Source: Cenococcum geophilum (lineage: Eukaryota). From it: a stretch of 64,000 bases of DNA. The DNA lies in contig CP158635.1 in assembly GCA_050273025.1 (NCBI GenBank), positions 5,642,001-5,706,000 on the forward strand, given 5' to 3'. The position numbers were made by a program, and so were the translations under genes. The notes beneath the pieces were generated by a model. It had not been told where the DNA came from and did no database searches. It saw only the letters and a program-made list of their open reading frames with translations. Shown piece after piece: positions 1 through 12,913 of this stretch; the stretch's first letter is position 1, and every line of letters starts with the position of its first letter.

Positions 1-1576
1 CTACGCTTGCCGCGTTTATAATAGACTCTATAGTTACTATATCCGCGGTTATTAGTTCGCGTTATTTAATGGGGTAGTATTAGGACTAGGTTTACTATCT
101 TAGTAGGGTTATAAGTATCCTTCTAGTGGCCGGGCAGGCTATAGGCAAGGTATAGTCTATTATTAACGTGGCGCTTATACTCTATGTCTAAGATTCTATT
201 AAGGTTTATAGGTTTTCTAGTTACTACTAGGGTTAGGGTTAATATAGGGGCGGGGCTTAGGCAGGTAGGCAGTGGTTAGCGTTCTTCTTAAGGTTAGCTT
301 AGTGTATATAGTTTATAAGGTTCTTAGCAAACATATTTATCTGCTTACTTTAACCTATATAGTCGCTGTTATTAATTTTATAGGTAAGTCTAAGTACTAG
401 CTCTTCTATCTTTGGAGAGATAAACTTTTAGAGTAGGTCCACCTTCTATTTATTTATCTTCTTAGCGCAGACTATTAGCTTATTAAGATCTTTCTTTTAG
501 GACTAGTAATTACGCTCGCCCTAGGGGAAATAGTTAAGCTTATTTTTTTTACAACTTGGGTTATATTAAGGACCTTATAGTAGGTAGTAAGGTCTTTAAG
601 TATATCTTCTTTAGTAGGCCATTTCCACGCAGATATATTATTTAGGTTCTTATATATAAGCTCTAGGCCCTACTTAATAAACTTATAGGCCTTATCCTTT
701 AGCATATCCGAGATATAAAGGATCTGGGACTAAACTATATTAAAGTAGTCCCAGTCCTAGTTAAAGACTCCCTTAATCTTAATATGCTAGGTTTTAAAAT
801 TAGCTTATTGTTCTAGTAGGGTACCTTTTCCGCTAAATATTGGCGGGTCTTTAGATCTCCGTTTTTTCTGCTAGGTTGCTACCGTTATTATAGGGGTTAA
901 TTATTTTAGAACGGTGATAGTTTCTACTTAGGAGTTAATAGTTCCTATCTAGGAAATAATAAGGGCACTAAGGTTTTTATTAGCTTTTTTATTGGTGGTG
1001 TTTGTGTTATATATACACTATAGTCCTACTTTAATGTTATTAAGGAACTTGTTAGTATAGTTAATAAGGGTAAGGTAAGCTTTGCTAGGCTTAAAGGTCT
1101 TAAGGTATAGTAGGGAGCGGCGGATTATTTATATAATATTAGGGTATGTCTCTATAAAGAGATCTGCGAAGACGTTATAGGGGTTCTAGGTTTCGGTTAT
1201 TTCGGCATTATTAGTATTACCTATCTAGGCGCTAGGTAAAAACTAAGGATTATTCTAGGACTATACTAGGGACGTATTGGTTTTAGTAGAGGCGCGCGTA
1301 GGTCGCGATTGCTCTAGGGTAGAGGTTAATTAGCTAGGGTATAAGGAGTTAGTAATTGCGATGGGGCGCAAATTAAAGATACCATAAACTGTTATAGTGC
1401 TGCAATAAAGTAGACTAAATAACTACGTTGTGGTATAAAGAGGGAAAGAAGGTAGAAAGGGGGTATTGTATATAAATAGTAGGGCCGGCCGCCAAGTCGC
1501 TAGTGGTGGGCTAGCTAATAGTAGGAAATAGTACGAGATAGTATGAAACAGTATGTATTAGGTCAGTGCCGTGATA
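1..1576 (-). mobile_element. Ty3/Gypsy LTR retrotransposon family A, 5' LTR plus gag (runs off the left edge), RIP-inactivated
   Basis: Reverse complement of the 5' part of the elements at 22272-29185 and 39835-46749. 187-bp LTR at 1390-1576. Interrupts the integrase region of Gypsy B. Confidence 0.93.
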
Positions 1577-4500
1577 TCCTAGAATGCTACTATAAATCTT
1601 AAATCTCTATCCGATATAATTTTACTTAGTACTCTATATCTTATAAACACTTCTCTAATATAGATTCTAGCGATATTCTTCGCTAAGATTTCTTCTATAT
1701 ATGCTATAAAGTAGCTCCATTTAGTTAACTTGTCCACTATTACTAAGATTACGTTATACTCTTATCTAGTAATAGGATCTCTTAACTTTAGTAACTTAAT
1801 AATAAAGTCCTATAATATAATCTCCTATAGTCTCTTTAGTATTTTAATAGGTTATAGCCCTCTATATAGCTTATACCTTATTAGTTTATTCCTTTAGTAA
1901 TCTAGATACTCTTTTATTACTTTTCTTATAATATTTTAGATTCTATTAATAATATATTCTTCTTAAAGTCTTAATACTAAGCCTATTACTCCATTATGTC
2001 CTTAAGTCATTCCCTTATAGAAGTCTTCTACGAAATGCTCTACTATACTCTTTAGGATATACTTTACTTCTTAATTTTTATATATATCTATCTGTAGATC
2101 TTTTAGCTATATTTCTAGAATTCTTTATACCTAAAAGCTTTCTAGTATCTCGTAAACTCTATCTAGTTTATTATCCTCTTAAGTTATTACTAGTTTGGGG
2201 TGATTATATCTAATCTATTTATCCTTATTTCTATATAGTATTACTCCTAATAGCTTCTTATTATTCTATAGTTTAGCTTTTCTACTAAGTACGTTTACCC
2301 TTATATTCTTAGTTCCTTTAGTATACTAAATCTTAAAATAGTATTCTGTAAGTATCTCTACCTATCTAACCTATCTTTAGTTAAGTTCTTTTATTATTAG
2401 GAACCCCGTTAGGTTCTTATAATTTATCTTAATTATAAATAGTTTCTTTACGCCTTATAAGAATGCTCTCTATTTCTTAAGTGCTATAACTATTTTTAAT
2501 AACTCCTTATTATAGACGTTATAGTTTAACTTTAGTAGTGTTATCTTTCTACTATAATATAATACTGGATACTATACGTCCTTATACTTTTATAGTAAGT
2601 ATACTCTAAGTATATAGTTTAATACATCCGTTTTTATAACCGTGTCTAGTCCTAGTTAGTAGATTTTAAGGATTAGCTCCTAGGTAAATAACTCCTTAAG
2701 TTCTTTAAACAACTTCTTTTATTTATCTCCCTATACCTATAGTTCCTCTTTCTTTATAAGCCTAGTAAATAGTTTAATATTCTTTAACTATTATACTATA
2801 AACCTTCGGTAGTGGTTATAAAACACTAAAAATAACCTTAACTGTATTACATTCCCTAGTTCTTACTAACTTACTTTAGCTTTAATTTTTTTTTAGGTCT
2901 ATACTAATATAACCTAGTTTAATAATAAATCTAACAAAATCGGTCTTCCTTATAAAGAACTTGTATTTCTTAATTGCTACTAGCATCTATTCTTCCTATA
3001 GTCTTTTAAAGACCTATTTAACGTGTTCCCCGTATTCTTCCTTAGTTATTAAGTAGATAATAATAATATTAAGGTATACTATAATAAACTCATTAAGGTG
3101 TTCTCCTAATATACTATTAATTCTTTTCTAAAATATTACTGGTATATTTATTAATCCAAATTATATAACTAATAGTTTATATAGTCCTTCTCTTAATCTA
3201 AAGGCTACCTTTTATTTATTATCTTCCTTAATTCTAATCTAATGGTATACCTATCTTAGATCTATCTTTATAAAGATTTGCGCATTACCTATCCAATCCT
3301 AAATTTCGCTAATTAAGGGTAAAGGATACCTATCCTTTTAAGTAATGCTATTTAACTATCTATAGTTAATGCATAGTCTAAGTTTCCCGTTCTTCTTTAG
3401 TACGAATAATACTAGATAACCTACTAATAACTATAATAGTTTAATATATCTCTTTTATAAGTTTTCCTAAATAAACTCTTTAAGTACTCTAAACTCTTCT
3501 TTAGTAAGCTTATAGATTAAAAAGAACCTTAAACTTATTTCTAGTTCTAACTCTATCTTATAATCCTATACTATATAATCTACTAACTTTTTACTTTCTA
3601 GGCTCTATAATTTCTTACTATACTTATAGTATCTTTTTAGTATATAACTTAAGCCTCGCTTAATCTCTTTATATATCGCTCTAACTTAGTACTATATTAA
3701 CTTAGTTTACTATTGCATTTTATAGCGTTAAGTATCTCTAATATTAACCTAACCTATAATCTAATTAATCCTTAGATTATATTCCTGTAACTAAGGCATT
3801 CCTAACACTACCTTATCCCGTCTTAATAGTAGGATATTAAAAGATATCTTAATTTATCTTCCTTTAATAGTTATCTAAATAGGTCCTGTTTTAAGATTAA
3901 TAATCCCTCCTCTATAGGCTATTAGATCTCCTAAAATCGTAACTAATAGGTAAGATTGCTCCTTTTATCTATAAGGTAATCCCATTTTTTTAACTACTAC
4001 TAGTAAAATATAGTTCTATATTACTCCACTATCTATTAATACTTTAAACTGCTAATCTTACTACTTAACTTGTAAATTTAGGTATTATTCTTAAATTCCT
4101 TTAAGGGTCTAAGGCTCTACTACTAGCTCCCTCTAGTTCTATAGACCTCCACTTTTCCTAACTATTAGCTGTTTAATCCTATTATACTTAGCTTACTCTT
4201 TAACTAATACCTAGTTCGCTTTTTATCCTCTATATACTATAGATATATATTCTTTAAGTATTCCCACTACTATTATCCGTCTAAGTATTCTTCTATAAGG
4301 AATCTTTTTAGTTAAAGTATTAAGTCTCCTAACTCTTAAACTTCTATTAGATGCTATCTGTATATATACTTAATATTCTTATACTATTACTCTTCTAGCG
4401 CCTAATATATCCTTATAGGGTATTTCCAATTCTTTTCCTTTGGATTTTTATATATTTTGTATATATCGTCTACGTATATAATCCATAATAGCGTATAGTA

Positions 4501-7447
4501 TACTAGGTGCTTTAGGTTAACTCTTAATTTATTTTTATCCTTAAGTTTAAACCTCTACTATATTAATCTAAATATTATAACTTTATTCGCAGGTACTAAG
4601 ATACGCCTTTTACTTCTTTAGTCCTCTAATTATTCCTTTAAATCCTTTAATATAAGTTATAGCCTTCTCTATAATTAGGTAGTCTTAGATAACTTATTTA
4701 TCTAACCATATATAAAAATCTTCCCACTTATCGTTATATCGTTGCCTATACTACTTTTAGTATAGCTATTAAAGTATATACGGCTTGTTTATAAGGAAGT
4801 ATCTTTTTATTACTGCGTTGTAATAGCCTTTTATATATCATTTTTTAAACCTAGTAGGGATTCCTAGATCCTCTTCGTTCTCTAGTTTAGTAAGCTACTT
4901 AGCTCTTAGTGTGCCTACCCTAGGCCTATTAGTAGTTCTTTATATAGGTGCTCTATCCCTTATACAACCGAGTATACTAGATCTCTTATCTAGTTTCTAT
5001 TCTTACTATATAATAATTCTTTGCCTAAATTCTTCTATAGTTTCTTTCGGTTTTCGCCTTATATGTAGATCCTTAAAGTCTTCTTACTTCTTAATCTTAG
5101 TATTAACGTTTTAATCCTATTGCTAAGCCTTACTCGCAATTTCTTTAATAGTCCTTATTTTATTACTAAAATCTTAGTCCTATAAAATTCTTAATCCTAA
5201 GCTTACTTCTGTCTTAAGCTTTATTCCAGCCTTAGTCTAACTAGGCTTCTTTAGTATTCTTATCTCATCTTAAGAGTCTTAAATCTCACTTATCTCGTCT
5301 TAAGAATCTTAGTCCTTTAGGAAACTTTATCCTAAGCTTATTTATATATTACTAAACTAAGCCATTGCTCTACTCTATCGGTTATCGTCCGTTATAGGTC
5401 TTTAAGCTTACCTTATCTCGTTTTAAGAATCTTAGTCGTCTTATATCTCATCTTAAGAGTCTTAAGTCTTTAGCCTTTTGCCTTTATTAAATGCCGAAGT
5501 AGTTCACTGTTCTACTTTTCTTACGTCTTATAAAGTAATAGATATTATATCTAATAGGGTCTTAATCCCTACTAAGATTCCCTATTCTATAGTGGAATTA
5601 TCCTTTACCTCTTATATAATATCTCTAAGGTCTATATACTCCTAGTAAGCTGCCTTTATTACCTTATCGTTATTAAATATTTCGCCTATATCGAATTTAT
5701 TGTCCTTAATATCCAATCTATAAACTAGTTCGTTAGTTCCTCTAAACTTTACTAATTTTAGCTCTTATAGCCAATAGCTTACACCGTACTTAGCGTCTTT
5801 ATAAATTTAGTATGCGTTATTATAACAAAACGCAAAACTTTTAATTAAATATTCTTTTGTTCCTTATAGCATATTATTATCCCTCTATACATATATATTA
5901 TCTATTAATCTTATTCCTTTTACTACGTAGTAACTCTACCTACTTCTATAGTCTTTAACATAATAACCCTATTTTTTATAATTTATACAAGCTCCTTCTC
6001 TAAACTATTTTTCTTGCTATAGAGTCCGCCTAAACGTCTTCTGCTGCTAAAATTTCTAGTTTAGCCTCTACTTTTTAAACCTTTAATGACTTAATCCTTA
6101 TCCTCTGGGTTTCTATAATTTCTTATTTTATCTTTTAAATTCTTTAGTATTACTTAGGTCTATTAGCTCTACACTATAATATAATTTTTAACTTTAACTT
6201 TGTTATTGCGTGCCTTACGCCTTATACAACTATAAAACTCTATCTTAACCCTTCTTAGCCTGCTCTCTTTGGTAGATCCTATTATTAATTTTAATTACTT
6301 AATTAATTAAATCCCTAAAAGTATCCGCATCTTCTATAAGGATAATTATGTCCTAGACTTTTACCTTAAGTCCTTACTTATACTATACTATAAGCGCTTT
6401 ATTATTCTATTTAACCTATATTACCAATATTTAAAACTACATCGTATACTTAATTACTAAAGTTCTTTATACTAGGTTTTAAAGATTTCTTTCTACCATA
6501 GTGGTTACCTTTAGGTCTCTAAATATTTATATTAATTATTCTGTAAACCCGTTCTAACTTAAGAATATATACTGTACCTTCTAGTTAGCGGTTATTATAC
6601 CGTGTTCTTGAATTTCTATAAGGTAAGATTTAAACTACTTAAGTGCCCTTCCCGTTAAGAACAATCCTACGTAAGTGACTTAATCTATAGGCGTTCTTAG
6701 TTTAACTCCTTCCTGCGTAACCTTAAAGTGCATTTACATAAGGAATCCCTTAAGCTTTAACTTTTCTCCTAAGAATCGCTTAATTAAGGGTAACTTAACC
6801 TTAGCTGCTCCGATCCCATTAATCCTTTCTTTAAATATCCTATTATTGTCTCTTAATTAATTAACTATTTCCTATAGCTATCTAACAGTAACTAGTTATA
6901 AGTCAGTATCTGCTATACTAGTGTTATTACCTAATCCTAAGGTAGTCGCCGCTGTAGACGCCGTTGTGGCTACTACTTTTAGTAGTATATTATTCGACTT
7001 CTTTTACTGTAACCTTAGTAGTGAATATATAATAAAGCCTTATAGGAAATACTACGGTAGACTTATTAATGGGCTAGGTATATAGGTATAGAATAGTCAA
7101 CAACGTAAATATAATTGGTGGAGTGGTTGCCTAATAAATTAACTCCAATTGTATTCTAAGATTCACTATAAAGGAGAGGGCTATCTGGGTAGGGACTATG
7201 GTCCTTTAAACACACAACCATACTCCTAAGAAATCCCCTTAGTATATAAGATAAGTATGCTCTATCTGCTCTGTTATAGATCCTATAGATTATTTAGATT
7301 ATATAGATTACGTTATGTGACCTTAGCTACTATTCCTCGTTATATAGTTCTACCGGCTCCATTCTGGACCGTGCTTTAATTAACTAACTAGCTACTTCTA
7401 ACTCTTCTCTTAGTAGTTATAACATCGTATTTAAAGCGTTCGTAATA
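1577..7447 (-). mobile_element. Ty3/Gypsy LTR retrotransposon family B (5' LTR, gag, protease, RT, RNase H, start of integrase), RIP-inactivated
   Basis: 440-bp LTR at 7008-7447 matches the LTR at 57430-57869 in opposite orientation. Minus-strand remnants of RT (LCIDYR/LPLI-like, ~3300-3390) and RNase H (ETD.S, NY..Y.KELL-like, ~2500-2640). Many TAA/TAG stops. Confidence 0.88.
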
Positions 7448-9310
7448 GGCATAAAAGTGCTCTATAAAGATTACCTAGTTAAAGTCCTAGTGGTCCCCCT
7501 AAGTCTTAGGGTAGAAAAGGGACACTAGGTGGATAATATAGTAATTATATATAAAATAGTAAAACAAACGGAACGCCTTATACGAGGACTTAAGATCACC
7601 TATATCTAATAGCTTTAATAGGAAAATATAAATTAAGTGTATAATAAGAACAATAAGAGGATATAAGGGTCGTTAGAGACTTACTAGGGAGTCGCTAGTT
7701 AAACGTATAGCTCTCTTATTATTAGCACATATATACTAGGAATGTAAAAACTCCTTATCTAAAAAGGTATTATTATAAACGGCCTTATATATAATATAAG
7801 GCTCTATAACTATAGACTCTACTTAAAATAATGCTATTACTACGTATAATAGGGATATACCTAATCCATATGCGCAGTATAGGTATGCTGCGGCTACTGT
7901 ATAGGCCTTTACAATATAAGATACTGCTTAAATTAAGACTAAGTGGAGTACGTAAACTGCCACTAAAGCATATATAAGGCGTAGGAAAGAGAAGACTATA
8001 TTAAATATAGGAGATAGAAGGTAAGGGTTTAGGGCGTGTTCGGTTACAGCTCCAGATTAAATCTAGAGGCTTTAGAACCGAGTTAATCTAAAGCCTCAAT
8101 CTGATCTAAAGGTAGGTGTTCGGTCAATCTAACGACTTTCTAATCTAAAGCTCCTCTAGATCGGCAACCGCGTCAAATTCGCACGCTTTACCGTATATAG
8201 TAGTTGAACTTAAGCTCTTGGCGTTAGATTAACCTGTAGCTTTTTTCTATAGGTTAATTGTTAAGTTAAATCTAGAGCTCTGCTCATGCACCCATCCGAT
8301 TGCCCATTATAACCCTACTGCTACTACCCTTACCAACGACGGTATTACTACAGCAGCTGCAGGCCCTATATGACGTCCTCTTCTTAATCCTTACTGTTGC
8401 CATTTAGATCCGACCAGTCGGCGTTTATACTTAATATACTAATATATAGCGGGGGACGTTATAGACAACGCAATTGCTCTATAGCCACCCACAGAGGCTC
8501 TATAATTTAATGAGGATGTAACTAGAGGTATTTAGGAAGTTGCTCAAATGGCTTTAAATTAATAGTGACTTAAAGGATATAAAGCTTCTATTAGCAGTAG
8601 AGAAGCTATTAATATTCCAGCTAATATTTAGTAATAATTAGTTATACTAATTAGTTTATAAGGAAACGCAGCACACCTTATTAACAGTTAAAGAGTAGGT
8701 AATATATACTTTAATATACATCAGCATTTTGTTGGGGTGCCAAGATCCTAGAGGCCTCCTGACAGGATTTTGACTTTCCTAGAGGTCCTAATCGTCTTGG
8801 TAGGCTCCTGGCAGGCTCCTGGCAGGATTTTAATTTTCCTAATCGTCCTAGTCGTCCTAATAGGCTCCTGGCAGGATCTTTAATTTCCTAATCGTCCTCT
8901 TACGGTCCTGTTAGGGTTCTAATAGGAAACTAGTATTTCCTAATTGTTCCTAATAGGCTTCTGGCAGGATCTTAATTTTCCTAATTGTCCTATCAGGTTC
9001 CTGACAGGATACCCCTAAGTAATACCCCTCCTAACCCCCCCCCTAAAGCGACACCTCCTATGCACACCCCTTAAGACACCCCCCCAATGCGACACCCTCC
9101 CCACTATGATACCTCCCCCGTAATGGGATACCTCCCCCCTAATGCGACACAACCCTATATGCGCGTGCGTGCGACATACAGTGCTATCGGGTTCCCGCTA
9201 TATTCCTAATAGCCTGCACGTGCCTCTGCCAAGTTACCCCCTTTGCAGTCACCCTATTCTTTACCCTTCCTTACATCCTCCCTTAGGAGGCACTAGAACG
9301 GCAGCCAGCA

Positions 9311-9440
9311 GAGGACCGTCGCCAAAACCAGACGACCGTCGCCAGAACTAGACGACCGTCGCCAGAACCAGACGACCGTCGCCAGAACCAGACGACCGTC
9401 GCCAGAACCAGACGACCGTTATAAGAACTAGACGACAACC
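9311..9440 (+). repeat. 20-bp tandem minisatellite (gacgaccgtcgccagaacca), about 6 units
   Basis: Directly visible head-to-tail units, no spacers. Confidence 0.92.
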
Positions 9441-9661
9441 TTTCGAATAACCAGCTAGCGAAGACCACGAACGATTCAATTGATCGATTAATCGAATTTA
9501 ATATTGGCCCATTACTGAATCGTATTAAGGCCTCCTAGGGAGGCACCCTAGACGACTACCGTTTAAATGTACAGCTAGCGAACGGCCATAGAGAACGACC
9601 TGGATCAATTAGAGCCTTCAATCGGGCCGACCTCTCCCCCGAATTAAATTAGATACTGACA

Positions 9662-10092
9662 CAGGCAGGCAGGTAGGTAGGTAGGTAGGTAGGTAGGTAG
9701 GTAGGTAGGTAAGTAGGTAGGTAGGCAGGCAGGCAGGCAGGCAAGTAGGAGAGGACCGTCGTCAGAACCAGACGATAATCGTTTGAACGACCAGCTAGCG
9801 AACACGATCAATTCAATCGATCGATTAAATCGAACCAGAGCCTTAATATCAGCCTATTACCGAATCAAATCGAATTAAGGCCTCCTAGGGAGGCACCCTA
9901 GACGACCACCGTTTAAACGTATAGCCAACAAACGCCCATGGAGAATGATTCGAATTAATATAATTAATCGCAATCGAATCAAGCAGAGCCTTCGATCGGG
10001 CCGACCTCTCCCCCGAATTACAGATACAGACAGGTAGGCATAGACAGGTAGGCACGACAGGCACAGGCGGGCACAGACAGGTAGGACAGGCA

Positions 10093-10142
<50 letters not shown>

Positions 10143-10144
10143 CA
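9662..10144 (+). repeat. (GGTA)n/(GGCA)n microsatellites closing each copy of a ~350-bp internal direct repeat
   Basis: Arrays at ~9662-9745 and ~10030-10144. The preceding blocks ~9395-9660 and ~9752-10030 share aggcctcctagggaggcaccctagacga and tcgggccgacctctccccgaatta. Confidence 0.88.
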
Positions 10145-10411
10145 CTAGGCCTAGTTAGGAAATCAGCATACGGCCGGCGGATCATCGGGAACACCGCCGA
10201 TCGACGATTTGGAGCCTCCGCAAGAGGCTCCTCAATCGATCGCCCGACGCCCGAGCAATCGTAGAGCTCCATAATAGATACAGGCGGTAGACAGAAGAGA
10301 TTGATTTGGATTATTTAGATTATATATAATTAAATTAATTTTATATTTTTTGACTAGCTGCAAATACTGGAGTGTTAATATACCTTATTTTTAAATCTAG
10401 AATTTTTATTA

Positions 10412-10605
10412 TTGTCCTAATAGTCCTGATGGTCCTAATGGTCCTAATGGTCCTGGAGGTCCTGGAGGTCCTGGAGGTCCTGGTGGTCCTGGTGGTCCGG
10501 GCGACCTCCTGACAGGTTCCTGACAGGATGCCGAGTGTGAGTGTCTCCTGGAGCTCCTGACAGCCCTGACAGGAGCTGTCAGGAGCTGTCAGTACTGTCA
10601 GGAGG
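10412..10605 (+). repeat. 9-bp tandem array (ggtcctgga/ggtcctaat) followed by clustered CCTGACAGG palindromes
   Basis: Directly visible. A similar mix of 9-mers and CCTGRCAGG occurs at 8750-9010. Confidence 0.88.
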
Positions 10606-11732
10606 TACAAACATTTTACTGATGTAGTCTTTTTACCGGAGCTAATTTAGTATATAGAGCAGTATATACAGTTCTTCCTAGGCTTATTAAATTGCATAAG
10701 GAGCTCGTTAATCTACCTAAAAATACTATACTAGATAAGATTATAGATAACCCAAAGCAATATCCGTTCTTCGCCAATTGTATTAGAGCGCTTAACGGTA
10801 CGCATCTACCAATCGCGATTAAAGGCGGGTATAAGAAGTAAGCTCCCTGGCGCGGTAGAAAAGATATATTAACGCAGAACGTTTTAGCTGCCGTTAATTT
10901 TAATATAAACTTTATATACGTTCTAGCTAAATAGGAAGGTACCGCTTATAACTATAAAGTCATTAATTCGGCAAAAAAGAAAGGCTTTAAAGCTCCATAA
11001 GGTTAATATTATCTTGCTAACACTAGTTATTTAAATACCTCTATAACGTTAGTACTATACTAAGGCGTTTAATATCATCTTTATAAATAAGCTTAGGCAA
11101 ATATAAGGCCGCAGAATGCAAAGGAGCTATTTAATCTACGTTATGCAGGACTAAGAAATGTTATTAAGCGTACCTTTAGAGTCTTTAAGAGACGATTTTA
11201 ATACTTTAAGGCGGCAAGATAGAACTTCCCTCTGGCGACGTAAATTCTTTTAGTATATATATTAACAGCGGTATATAACTTCTTAAATATATATAATCCG
11301 GATAATCTAGAGGACTACGGTGTAGTAGAGGATAAGGAGGTTAATAAAAAGGATGCGCAGATAGTAGAGGAAGAGAGTAAGGTCGCTATAAATTAAAGAT
11401 AGGATGAAATTGTAGAGCTTATATAGAGAGGCTATTATTAGGTAATTGGGAGGCCTTTATAATATATAGGTATATAATCTATAGACAAATTACCATACTA
11501 AATTATGTACTAATACATTTTACCGCTATATAGCGCGCTTTAGAAGAGCCTTTTAATATAATAACTTCCTAATAATTATATATAGAAAAGCGGTTACTTT
11601 AATTTTATAGAGTACATTTATAATAGGTTTAAGGATTTACTAATTTATATATAAAATCCTTACTAAAAAATAAAATTGTTAATAGTAAAGTAATTACAAA
11701 CGCAAAGTAAAAGCAGCTACTAATTTTAACCC

Positions 11733-12913
11733 TTAACGTCTTCCTTTTTCTTTATTTTTGCCAAAGTTCTATCTATTAGTCTCTTCTGTAACGCCCCTAA
11801 TATAATTAAAAAGGTCCTTACTATTAATTCTGTCTTAAAGGCTTCTAGAATAAGCACTTAATCGTTAAGGTCTATATCGTTAAACTTATTAAGGAACTCT
11901 ACTAAGGCCTTTTCTAGAGGCGGCTTTTAACTAAGAAGCTCTCGCGTAGCTCTAATCTCTTTTAATACTAGCTCTATAGTCTCTCCTAGTAGGTTCTTTA
12001 TCCATTGCCTATCTCCAGGTCGCTAACGCTTTACATCTAGTTTATTTAATATAGCAGCTTATTTAGTAGCGCGTTTTCTTATAGCCAGCGAAGACTTTTA
12101 AGCAGGCGTTAACAAAGGCGTATAATAAAGGCTTAGGCCTGCTAAGGACGACAATCGTTAACTAGAAGGTGTAGTAGAGCGATTGTCTAAGGAAATATCA
12201 CTAGCTGACAAAGCTAACTAACGCTGTTCTATAGAAGATTGAGGTTTATCCTTATTAGCTACCTTATCGTCTTCCTCATTATAAGACTCATCCTCCTCGC
12301 TCCTGCCGTCCTGCACAGTAGCAGCGCTTTCCTCCTCTATTAGCGTAGGATTAATTAGCGGCCCATTCTCCATTTAATTAAGAGCTTTATCAACTATAAG
12401 AGCATAGCCGCCTATTATAACTATACCTTAAAATAGCTTATCAAGCTCCTCTAGGAAAGGCGGCGGAGCGTCTTAAAACTTTGCGGCGTTAGGATTAGCT
12501 TTAAAATATCTATTTATAACGTCTTTAGAGGCAACTAGTACACCTTTATTATTATTCTACCCCTAGCCAGATTAATTATAGAGCTCCTTCTACACCTTCT
12601 AATCCCTTTTTTAACTATTATGCTTACTTTTAAGCTGCCGTATAGTAATCGAATATTAAGTCTTTGCCTATGCGGCGTCTAAAGCTATCTGCCAGCCTTT
12701 CTTCTTATACGAGCTATCTGCGCGGAGCCCTTTCCGAACAGCCTCTACTAGGCCTTTAACTATAGCTTCTTCCATTTCATAAGTCCAGCTAATACGCTGT
12801 TTCTTTACAGTCGCTCGGCGAGCCGTAGGCTATATACGAAGGGGCGGAGGGCGCGAGGAACGTAGTGTATGCGCATTAGTGGCAGGAATAGGGGTGGCAG
12901 TTATTAATAACAT
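11733..12913 (-). pseudogene. Harbinger Myb/SANT-like DNA-binding protein, RIP stops
   Basis: Minus strand reads KQRISWTYEMEEA.V.GLVEAVRKGLRADSSYKKKGWQIALDAA, then SGWGW-like and AAKF.DAPPPFLEELDKLF. Convergent with the transposase. Confidence 0.83.

Larger units (their letters stand above)
8719..10624. mobile_element. Non-autonomous, repeat-rich TIR element (1.9 kb) with TA target duplication, superfamily unassigned
   Basis: ta|catcagca...tactgatg|ta imperfect inverted ends. Removing it restores a short GTAGGT..GCTAAT..TAG intron. No credible coding capacity. Confidence 0.7.
8369..11462 (+). pseudogene. Harbinger (HARBI1-like) DDE transposase, RIP stops, intron 8695-10657 carries an insertion; start approximate
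   Basis: RIP-reverted translation gives YPFFANCIGALDGTH, TQNVLAAVDF, WEGTAHD, YYLADAGY, ELFNLRHAGLRNVVERTFGVFKRRF (10760-11200). HTH-like exon ~8510-8694. Confidence 0.88.

Noticed and set aside
7425..7447. 23-bp match with 57430-57452 as a shared insertion-site preference
   Set aside because: It is the true LTR terminus (RIPed TGTTAC...), giving 440-bp LTRs in both copies.
9311..9440. 20-bp repeats as a CRISPR array
   Set aside because: Head-to-tail with no unique spacers, no cas genes, eukaryotic context.
9142..10610. ORF-track proteins with PACL, RTS/RTI and DGRLVLAT repeats
   Set aside because: Translations of micro/minisatellites inside a non-coding element.
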